Part shown: positions 10,293-20,000 of the stretch, piece by piece
Numbering within the stretch: the first letter of the stretch is position 1
Layout: each line of letters opens with the position of its first letter
From: Ancylonema sp.
Taxonomy: Eukaryota
Direction of reading: 5' to 3'
DNA length: 20,000 nt
Assembly: GCA_050230475.1 (NCBI GenBank)
Contig: JBFLGF010000105.1
Coordinates: forward strand, 52,444-72,443
The notes under the pieces: generated by a model
The model's database searches: none
What the model was told of the DNA's origin: nothing
What the model saw: the letters and a program-made list of their open reading frames with translations, nothing else
Position numbers and translations under genes: made by a program

Positions 10293-10689
10293 TGTTGAGT
10301 GTGTAATGCTAGATGTGACACGTATTTGTCGAGTTCAGTCACCGGGACCTTAGATAGACATTAGATAGAGAAATACATCAATATGCCGAACTTGAGCTAC
10401 AATTGCCTAGTACTATCTCCCTACTGGTCGACAGCCTAGTGATCTTCTAATCTTAGGATACGAACACTTTATCGACACGTAGCTTCGCTAGCTGAGTACT
10501 AATTCTTTACCATCGACAACTTAGATCCGTTCCTGCTACCTGATTCAAACCAGTTTCGTAGTTTTTTTACTCCCTGTAAACTTGCACATGATAATCAATT
10601 ATTCTCCGTGAACGATTCTCGTGTCTATGTCTTTGCTGTAATCGACACAGTGAATAGCCCTCTGCTCATTCCGCAAAAAGTATTGAACA
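10293..10689 (+). mobile_element. LTR (397 bp) related to the Copia A family, inserted in opposite orientation into Copia B RT
   Basis: Starts TGTTGAGTGTGTAATGCTAGATGTGACAC (compare reverse complement of the A LTR, TGTTGAGTAGATAATGCTAAGTGTGACAC). Shares ATATGCCGA, TGGTCGACAGC.TAGTG and TAGATCCGTT. Ends TTGAACA. Removal restores ENQVFEEVDRPSRKK-VIGTKWVLRIK. Confidence 0.88.
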
Positions 10690-12885
10690 TGGTACTTTCT
10701 TCCTCGATGGTCTATCGACCTCCTCGAAGACTTGATTTTCCCACAAGCTCTGCATCTCAGCTTCCATGGCTGCAGTTCACTCCTCCTCCTTGCCACTTTC
10801 CATAGCAGCTAACACTGTCGGAGGATTCATGACATCCGCGGCCACCTCAAATGTCTCGTCATATTGGGTGGCACTCCCCAGTTGCCCCTGGCGCTGACAC
10901 GTACCACTTGAGGTGGAGGGCTATCGACATTATCGATGTCATCATCATCATCATCATCGTCGTTAGTTGAAAATAGTGATGGCAAGTCATCATCATGTGG
11001 GATTCTGATTTTTGATTCTCAACCGTGTCCGAGTGAAGATTGGCCCAAGGCAAGGTGATTGCTTGGGTCTCTGTATTAGGGTGTACGAGACTATGATATG
11101 GCTATATTTGTGAAACACTTAGGGAGCTCGGTCTACGACAGAATTCGACGATCAGCTATGGGAGAAACGCGTAATTAGAGTAAAGTAAGAAACGCCAGCT
11201 AGGATACAGACAAAGTATAGGGTTAATTTGGGGGCGTGTGTGATAAGTGGTTTTGTACTTTTGAGACATGGGAGATGCATTGGCAATTGTGTCAATTTGC
11301 TGTGTGCTCTAAATACATGTACTAGCATTCGTGATGCAATTTGTCGACGTGTACAATTAGGTGTCGACAACTTTGTTGATGGATGGACAAGTGGCGGATT
11401 TTGTTTAGACGTGTGATGTAGTTCGTGAGCATGTGCATGGGTGAAGACGAGAGCCGCAAAGTAGTTTATGAATATGTAATTGAAAGCTCGCATTGCTAGG
11501 TTGACTAGCGGATTACGAAGCGTTGTTCATGTGACCTGTCGTTCTAGAAGTTATTCATCTCATTGTGTTTCAGTAGTCAAATTAGATGACACTTGGCAAT
11601 TTGACCACCATGTGGTCAAACTTCGTGTTCATGAAACGGGCATAGCAACAGTTAGTGAGCATAGCAACAGCACATTCGACATACTCAGTCCGGATATTGA
11701 TCGATACTATATGCGATGAAATCAGATTAGCATTGTGTATTCTTTGCGGATGATTCCGTGTTTGAGGAAAATCAGCATGAGCATCATGATTGCAGCAAGG
11801 CAATTCACAATTCTTGGTTGACTTGAAATCGTGATTAGTAAATCCATTACAGCCCAACATAGGTGATAATGCAGGATGGCCATGGGTGGATTAAGACTAG
11901 GCACGTGCAACAAACAGATATCCACGGGACTGATAGGAACTCACGGATCCTACTTGCGCACGGGTGAGAATCGTGCGTGTAAAACGACGTTTAAATTGCG
12001 AAGTTTGGAAGTTCAGATTTTGGAATATTCGAAAACAAATTAGAACTGGTGGGGTAAGGGGCTGTGGGGAACAAAAATTATCAAACACAGGTTGAGGTTA
12101 AGGGATGTTGATATAAATATACATAAAAAAAGTGGTGGATAGAATCCAGCCGCTCCTTCATGCTGAAATTTCGCCATCTCATTAAGATGTAGACGCCATC
12201 TTTTGGTGCTTGCAACACTGCACACTTTGATTCGAGCCAAGAAAAACCATGCCAGTTCTGAATTAGTCAAAGATTGCAAATCGTTACGCACCCTGCGGAG
12301 TTGGAAAACCGGCAAGTTTAGCCTAAGTCCAAGTAGTCAAAGTGCGTTACTTCGCTTGCCAACAATGAGCCAAATGAACGCAGCAAAGCAGGTCGTCCAG
12401 GTCTAGGTCACCTTTCTCGAAACAACACATTTGTGTCCTTAACGACTCCAACTTATGCCACATCGATTATGATTATCGATCATGCGGTCCCCCATCTTTG
12501 ATAGATTGACACTAGTATATCAAGTCGCACATAAAGTCACAGCCGTGGGTGCAACCTGTTTTTCACCATGCATAGTGTAAAAGAATAATACGCATAGCAC
12601 TCGTTGACATACAAAGAGCGGATACATCACATTTTTTATAGAAAGACGAAGTAGATCGTGACAACAACCAATACATGAGAACGCTATTTGTCGCATTAAA
12701 CAAGGTCCAGATCACACTGCTATCTCTGGTACCCGTGGTCCGCGATAGTCTACATGTTTCATAGTTCGTGTTCACAGCAACTCATAATGACTCACTGAAA
12801 ACACTCCAAGGTCCGTGTGGATGTTTTGTGACAACCCAGTGCCCAGTGCCTATCTGCCCATCTGCTCATCCATCCTTCCCCACCC

Positions 12886-14766
12886 TCACAGTAGCAGCCT
12901 CGATGGGTTGCCCAGGTTGGCCGCCACAGCACTGAGCAACTCGCCTCCCACATCGCCACCCAGGACTCGAGAATCGGCGGACAGCGTGATTTCCATGACA
13001 GTCGCTACAACCGCCTGCCCCTCCTGCCACCTCACTGCTTGCTGCCCCCTGCCGATGGCCAGAATCCCCGCCTGCACCCACACCCACCCCCACCCACCGC
13101 TGCCGCATCACTCATGGGGGACACCATTCTTTTAGTCTTTTAGTCTTTTAGTCTTGCACCGCCTCCCGCCTACCTGCGTAGGGTTTATGATGGCGCAGAA
13201 GCGGTCCACGGGGAACATGCCAAGGTTGGAGAGGCTGAAGCTGCCCCCCTGGAACTCCTCCGGCCTCAGCTGCCCGCTCCTCGCCCTCTCCGCCAGCTCC
13301 TTCATCTCCGCCGAAATGGCCGACAGTGACTTCCTGTCCGCGTTCTTCAGGATGGGCGTGATGAGGCCACGGTCTGTGGCCACGGCCACAGAGATGTCCA
13401 CAGAGGGCCAGGGCACCACCTCCCCCCTCCCCACATCGAAGTAGCAGTTGGCAGCAGGCACCTCCTTGAGCGCCATGGCCAGTGCCTTGAGCACAAAGTC
13501 GTTCACGGACACGGCTGCCCCGTGCTTCTCTTTCAGAAACTTCCGCAGCGCCAGCGTGGCGTCGATGCGTGTCTCTGCTGAGAGGTAGTGGTGCGGGGTG
13601 CCCTGTTTGGACTGCAGCAGCCGCCTGGCGATCACCTTCCGGATCTGAGAGTTGGTCACGTCCTCAAACTCCCCCTTGCTGCTGGGGGCAGTGTTGCCCA
13701 CGGGGGGGGGGAGGGGGGCAGAGGGAGGGGTGAGAGGTGCGGAAGGGGGGGAAGGTACAGGAGGGGGAGGAGGGGCAGTCATGGCAGCCATGGCAGCCAG
13801 CACATCTCCCTTCAAGATGTACCCCCTGGGCCCGGTGCCGGTGATGGAGTTGGGGTCCAGCCCACTCTGGGCCAGGAGGCGCTTCACGGAGGGGCCGAGA
13901 TGGGAGGGGGGGGGGGCTCTGGGAGCAGAGGAGGGAGGAGGAGGAGGGGGGGGCATTGGGTCGGAAACGTCAGATTTGGCGCTGGATGGCGGAGGGGCAG
14001 AGGATGAGGGAGGAGAGAAGTCCGCAAACTTGGCGACATCCTCTGATGAATCCACCTGACAGGTGCCAAGAGCAGGCCCCGTGGGTGAGTGAGTGAGCGG
14101 TGGATGAGGGCGGGAGGAAGAAGAGACCCACCATGACTGCGATTGGGGTCCCCACAGGGAGGTCCTTGCTTCCAGATGGGACCAGAATCTTGGCAAGAAT
14201 GCTGCGGCAGAGGGCAGTGGGCAGTGGGGGAAGGGGAATGAGGCGGGGAAGCGCAGGGGGGTGAGTGGGTGAGTGGGCGGGGGGGTGCGTACCCGTCCTC
14301 CTGCGACTCGTTGTCCAAAGTGGCTTTGTCAGTCTCGATGACACAGAGCACATCCCCCGCCGCCACCTCCTGCCCCTCCACCACCTTCCACTCCACCAGG
14401 TTGCCCTGGGTCTGCAGCCCTCCGTGTTGGTGCACAGGATTCAGTACTTCAAACTAGGAGCCTTGCGCAGGGGGGGGCGGGTGCTGACCATGGTGGGGGA
14501 GAGGGAGGGCATGGTGAGCAGCTGGTGCTCTGGAAGACCTGACCACACCACCCACCACCCACCACCCACACAAGAGTCACTTCCATTCCCGGCTCCGAGT
14601 GGAATAGAATAAGTACCGTTGGCCGCGTATCCTCGCACCAATTTGAGAACCTGTGCAGGATGAGGGTGGATGACGTCAGCAGGTGAACGACCCAGTGTGC
14701 AGCGAGAGGCGTACCTCATACTGGGCGCCCAGCGAGGCCCCTTGCTGACCTCTCCACAAGGACGGA
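12886..14766 (-). CDS. Mitochondrial pyruvate dehydrogenase E2-like protein (LTA3/mtE2-1 type; E3BP-like catalytic site). Exons 14715-14766 (tentative), 14617-14650, 14489-14538, 14293-14411, 14132-14201, 13174-14055, 12886-13071; start codon further upstream, unresolved
   Basis: GT-AG introns of 64-102 bp with consistent phases. Lipoyl domain MPSLSPTM-TQGNLVEW...IETDKAT; E3/E1-binding domain LGPSVKRLL...GTGPRGYILKGDV; core domain SVNDFVLKA...[38 protein letters not shown]...TLSADSRVLGG; stop at 12886-12888. Confidence 0.9.
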
Positions 14767-15933
14767 CTGCAGACAGGGAGGGCCGCAGGTACGGATTAAG
14801 GATCACGAGGGAGCAGGAATTGGAATGCCCTTTTCTCTGCTGACGAGCACACACTTCCTAAACATGCTGCCAGGTAGCAGGGGCAGATCCATGACAAACT
14901 TTGACGCGTGTCTGATCCGACATTAATTTCGAGTTCAATTATTCGTACATTTGCTTCCTCTCCTCAGTTTTTCCGACGCTTCAAGGAGCGATTGAGGGAT
15001 GTCACCTCTTTCTCGAATCCTCTTCCGCTGTCGAAGTGCCAACGCTATGCGGAAAAAAATCTCTGAACACCCAGAGCACACGGTCAGGTTGTGCGCATTC
15101 CTTAAAAATGCACCGCTATGTCGCATGCACAAGCCTGTCAGCCCCATGACAGGCTTGCAAATGTTGACCTCACGCCCCGACTAGAAAGTGTTGTATTGAT
15201 CTAATCCGATTGTATTTATAACACTACTATCTCCTTCGTAAGTATCTCAGATCGGACTCATATATTTGAAGTACCTCAACGGGGAACATAGCCGATACTC
15301 TTTGCACGGGCGGCAAAATGACTCAATGCCATTCCGTTGCCGCAGTGCACGCAGGATGATACGGCGAGAGGGCAGCATTTTACCCACTCGCGTCACATAC
15401 GGACAAGCTGGCAAGTGTGAGGTGCCGTCTCAGCGGACACCGTGCGCAACTTGCGCGGTGAGAGATGAAGCACAAAATTACATCAGAGAACGCAGCTGAG
15501 GAGCAGTCGAAGGCGACACGGGAAATCGCGTCCAGACGTTGAGCATATCGCCGTTGTAACGATAATTTCCTGCATGCAGTCGTTGCATCGAAGCTCTCGG
15601 TAGTTTTAAACGTACAAACGCACCTCCCGGCGCGGATATCAGCACCCTGGAAGTCCTGCGGAAAAGGAGATTGAGCTCTTGGATAGTCTAATCCGTGCCG
15701 CTGGTGTACTGGACCATTCAAAGCTAACTCGGCTTCTTTTTCATACGGTATCAGATTCACTTTAATGTATATAATTACTACCCCCTCCACACTCCAAGTC
15801 GAATATAGGAAGAAGGGCGACAGCAGTGTAGGCGGTGGAAGCTGGTACGAAAACGCTTTGGTCTGAACAGCTTGCCCCAATCCGCGACAAATCATCCAGC
15901 CGTGACCAACTTTGTGAAGGGGGAAAAGAGGCG

Positions 15934-17095
15934 ATGTCGTATGATGATGTCGAGATCGAAGACATGGAGTGGGACGTAGACTTAGCGGCATACACCTACC
16001 CCTGTCCTTGTGGAGACCTGTTTCAAATAACGAGGGTACGAAATCCAGATTTGAATTGGCGCCTGAATTAATTATTTAAGATGCCCAGTGAACCCGAACC
16101 TCCATATGATATTCAATTAAAAGTACGTGGAAAAAAATAAGTGGATAGTACCGCAACAGCAGGTCGCTCCTGCTCATTCATCATGTTCGCGCAGGTGTAT
16201 CGAGGGTCGTCATAATTCCTATAGTCTGGTGCACACAGAATTTATCATTGTGCTTTTTCGCTGTGTGATAAGTCAGAGATGTGTGGGCTGTTGGGACATA
16301 GAGTGTATGACAGCATGGGCTTGATAGGAAATTGCCGTCCCAGTCCCAGTTGCTGTGAACATGGTAGAGGACCTCAAATCACCCAAATTCCCACTTGATC
16401 AACCCTACTTGGTCAGCCCCTTCACAATTTTGAGTCCATGGCATAGTGACACGAATTGTCTTACATAATGTGTCCGTGAAGATTGCATGGAGTGTGGGCA
16501 CTCATGTTCTACACTTGTACAATTATTCACAATCCTTTTGTGGTCTCTCCGACATTCTCGCCCTTCATTCAGGAGGAGCTCTGCCAAGGGGAAGAAATTG
16601 CTCGATGTCCAAGTTGCTCCCTCTACATAACCGTCATCTATAATCAGGTGTGGTCTCAAAGCTCCGACAAAAATGACACTGTTCTTAGTCTCTGCTAGGG
16701 AGTGCCACATGTGGTAGCACGTGATTGTGAACGGATGGAGGCTAGTCTCACGCGAGGGGATGAGTGGTATCACACAAGCCGAGAATAAGATCATGCGAAG
16801 CCGTTTGGACGTTGATTAAGTAGAGAGTAAAGTTCATGATCATGGTGGAAGAATGGTATACAACCCCGGATTTCAATGAGTATCTTGTAGAAGTATCATC
16901 GGGAATTGCAGAATGTTTTCCTGTTGTTCACAAGCTACAATGCATCTTGAATTGTGATACGCATTTTTCTATATCTCCATCGACTTGATCGTTGCTTAAC
17001 ACTGTGTTGACAAGTTTTCTATGCAGGAAGACTACATGGACAGCAATACAAGACAAGTTGATTTGAATTTGGATAAAGCCGTACAAGTGCATTAA
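15934..17095 (+). CDS. DPH3: Diphthamide biosynthesis protein 3 (CSL zinc finger, Kti11). Exons 15934-16035, 16573-16647, 17027-17095; 81 aa
   Basis: Spliced translation MSYDDVEIEDMEWDVDLAAYTYPCPCGDLFQITR-EELCQGEEIARCPSCSLYITVIYNQ-EDYMDSNTRQVDLNLDKAVQVH*. CPCG and CPSCSL motifs, GT-AG phase-0 introns. Confidence 0.95.
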
Positions 17096-17696
17096 GTTTG
17101 TAGTTCATCTGAATCAAATTGTTATAGATTATGGTCGAAACAAACCTTAAAGCTTCTGCTCTTGGTCGATAACGAGTCACTCAATTCATAAGTCAAGTTG
17201 GCGAAAGTGCTCCTCTCCTTGCCCCCTATTGTTTCTATGCAAGATGACGTGGGGGCTATGATGTTGAATTTGAACTATTTCGATATAGCACAGCGAAAAA
17301 GTGTTTGAATCATAGTACACACATACACAAAGTGCAAGTCTCCATGTACAAAGAAAATCGCTTAGTGAAGATTGATTATGGACCCTTGCCTCACATGGTA
17401 GACCACTGAAACTACCGAAGGAAAAAATGGAAAGAATTAAATCGAGGGCTTGCATGGATCGATGGATATTACTTTGAGCTACCCTAGAGCGCTACCTACT
17501 GACAAGCTTGTTGACCACTATGGCGCTTTGACTCTAGGAGTGTGATGTCGACATGCCAGAACCGACTGACCCACACATGTTACGAGCATGCCAAGACGGG
17601 AAAACTAAGAATCCCCCGTCCTCTCCTACACGTATCGATAAATATTTCTTCCTACCTTGGTACAAGCGCACATGCACGTGTAGGCGCAATATACAT

Positions 17697-18282
17697 CAGG
17701 GTTCGCCAATACGCCGTATATCACTTGACGTAATACACTAAACTAGCGTAGCATGGCCTCACCGTATATACTACGCTACAACACGCTCTAAAAATACGCT
17801 TGCATCCTATTCGGTGACTACAAACGCCTATTGTAAAAAAAAATCTTTCTTTCGAACACACGTGGGCTATATGCGTCATTTGAACAACAAAAAATGTGTT
17901 GAGGAGAAGACCGTTGACACGAACTTGACAAACTCCCCATGGTCACCTCCTCAGTGCTCTGGTGCAAGTAGACAAGTTATATGGACAACTCTAGGACATT
18001 CAGTATGATCAAGGAGCTATCACACCTCTTGTACACATAGCCATTTGGACTGTGTGCGTGATTTCTTGACGATACTGACACTATCTCCCCTGTTTTAAAA
18101 GGCTACATCTATGCATTTGGCTTTGAGATGAAGTTTATCAAAATTCCAAGTCAAAAAAATAACTAAAATTGGTAGGTTTTGCACTACGAGCATCACGTAT
18201 TGACCCCCCAAATGTGAAACGCTAAATTAGCGTATTACAACTCCAACGTATTGAGTAGCGTATAGCGTATTGGCGAATGCTA
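17697..18282. mobile_element. Degenerate non-autonomous DNA transposon (hAT-like MITE)
   Basis: Terminal inverted repeats CAGGGTTCGCCAATACGC and GCGTATTGGCGAATGCTA (13-bp perfect core TTCGCCAATACGC). Subterminal AATAC(G)/CGTATT motifs at both ends. No intact TSD. Confidence 0.55.
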
Positions 18283-18956
18283 CTTATCACTACTCTTTAG
18301 TATATTGTGGAAGCCACTTTGAGGGATTTTTCTAGGAAATTACATTACGTATTAGACCTAATGCTTCTTCTTTTTCACACTTCCCCTCAATCTAGTACTT
18401 CGTGTTTAATGTTGTGGTGCATTATGTGAGTGTAATGACACGCTTGCTACATGAGGCATATACTTCAAGATTACAAAAGCCTTCTGCCAACACATGACGG
18501 TGTCTACAATGCGATCATGAGAAGCTCGTAATGTCCATGTGCTTATTGCAGATATTACAAGTGTAGTGTGAATAAGCTAGTGGTTGTCAACGGCTCGCTC
18601 AGATTTGTGCATTCATTTCAAGTACTTTGTAGCGTAGTCAACTTCGTGTGCGATCGCTATGGTGTGTTTGTGATAATAAAAGGTTGGTTGCATCTCAAAA
18701 TAAACCTTCAAATAAGCTTTCTCGGTCATTAGCTTACCACACACACCATGAAGTGGAGAAAGACGGAGCGCACAATATCCTATATCCGACCGGCAATCGC
18801 AACATTTTCTGTCATGCTTTTTAGTTTACGTTCTGTTTTACATCAACCCTTTCCAGCTTTCCAGTTTTCGTGTACCGTACATATTACAATGGACGATATC
18901 CTCAAAAGGCATATCACGTTCCTACATATTTTCGCTCGATAAATAAAAATGACGAA

Positions 18957-19250
<294 letters not shown>

Positions 19251-19684
19251 ATTAAATACATAATATATAATGATGAAAAGGAAAAAAATTGACTCGAATT
19301 TTTTTATTCACTAGCCTCTGACCATTGACAACAATAAAACCACTAACAACAGGAACAACACTACCGATGAACAACAAGAAGACAACTAGCAACTGACGGT
19401 AAAAAAATATTGCTATTTGAAACATGTCCAACTCGCATTCCTCTTCCGGTAATGCTCACCTGTCATGCAACCAGAATATTGCCGACCACCATGTGTTGCA
19501 AGCATTGCCATTGCGATTCTGGATTTTCAATAAACCGCAAACTAAAGCAGCTCAATTTTTTTGAAAGAGTCCACAACACAACTTACCATAAGTGTCTAAA
19601 CTATCTCATGGCATCTTATCAGATCTAGTGCAGCCAACACAACCACACCATGTCTCCATGCTTCCTGGTCGAAGCATCACCCCA

Positions 19685-20000
19685 CTATTGGAAGTAGTTG
19701 ATGGACACTCCAATCTTTGGGTTCTCTGCCAATGAACCCTTCCCTCTGCTGTCATACTCCGCAAGGACGCTCACCGTGGAGTTGGGCTTGAATTCATGCT
19801 GCCAAAAACGAGTTGAAATGAGCAAATACACACACACACACTCTGATCACTTCTCAGCAGCCTTCCAACCTCCTCCTCACCTGCAGCAGCCCAGCCACTT
19901 TCCCGTTCGTGTCCACCTTGGCGGTTATCGACGTCCCTTCATCCAGTTTCACGCACCCCCCACAGGTGAGAGTCCCGGGCGCCCTGCCATCCGGGGCGGC
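19685..20000 (-). CDS. VDAC: 3' end of a mitochondrial outer-membrane porin (VDAC). Exons 19881->20000 and 19685-19798
   Basis: Spliced translation ...GTLTCGGCVKLDEGTSITAKVDTNGKVAGLLQ-HEFKPNSTVSVLAEYDSRGKGSLAENPKIGVSINYFQ*. Matches the plant VDAC C-terminal pattern (GK.A.LLQHE..P.S...; KIG-type beta-signal). 82-bp GT-AG intron at 19799-19880. Confidence 0.8.

Larger units (their letters stand above)
8390..11071 (-). mobile_element. Truncated Ty1/Copia element B (3' LTR, RNase H, RT, INT-RT linker; 5' half missing)
   Basis: RNase H VALSSTEAEY...HKRSKHIAIRFHFIRE...ADQLTK (8858-9211); RT LYGLEQSPRMWN, LYVDHLLI, KYKARVVATGF; linker VRVSARGNWGVPP (~10865-10905); PPT AGAGGGGGA (8836-8844) before the LTR. 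Boundaries at 8390 and 11071 are approximate. Confidence 0.88.

Noticed and set aside
10938..10962. (CAT)n trinucleotide run / poly-Met ORF
   Set aside because: Encodes a poly-Asp stretch of the Copia B INT-RT linker in another frame, not a separate feature.
2973..11071. Frequent frameshifts as a general assembly-error artefact, or as programmed frameshifting
   Set aside because: The three host genes in the window splice and translate without indels, and the TE lesions are numerous and scattered, so real decay is more likely. Individual homopolymer errors cannot be excluded.
13129..13155. (CTTTTAGT)3 resembling a telomere repeat
   Set aside because: Only three units, lacks the GGG of TTT(T)AGGG, and lies inside a 102-bp intron.
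13588..14059. Gly/Arg-rich plus-strand ORFs
   Set aside because: Antisense shadows of the Pro-rich linkers of the E2-like gene.
13132..14196. 354-aa ORF as a complete standalone protein
   Set aside because: It is the large exon (13174-14055) of the spliced E2-like gene, read through into flanking intron sequence.
15380..15991. 203-aa minus-strand ORF
   Set aside because: No recognisable domain, non-ATG start, and it overlaps DPH3 exon 1 antisense and the presumed promoter region.

Overview
Eukaryotic DNA, most likely from a streptophyte green alga or early land plant (inference from the gene types, short GT-AG introns and CHG-type mutation pattern). Positions ~1-12,800 are a nested LTR-retrotransposon cluster. 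The oldest layer is a decayed minus-strand Ty3/Gypsy-like element in the order gag (two zinc knuckles) - aspartic protease - a fragment resembling the N-terminus of a C5-cytosine DNA methyltransferase (310-458). It is interrupted by a solo LTR with a perfect TSD (1468-2054), a full-length but frameshifted Ty1/Copia element (2540-7998, carrying a solo LTR in its RT) and a truncated second Copia (8390-11071, also with an LTR in its RT). Positions 12,886-20,000 hold host genes: a spliced mitochondrial PDH E2-like gene (LTA3/mtE2-1 type) whose catalytic DHRxxDG reads DSRVLGG, a divergent three-exon DPH3 gene and the 3' end of a VDAC porin gene. A degenerate hAT-like MITE and an (AT)n microsatellite lie between DPH3 and VDAC. 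The most interesting items are the methyltransferase-carrying retrotransposon remnant and the E3BP-like, apparently catalytically dead E2. All family assignments are motif recognition by eye, with no database searches.
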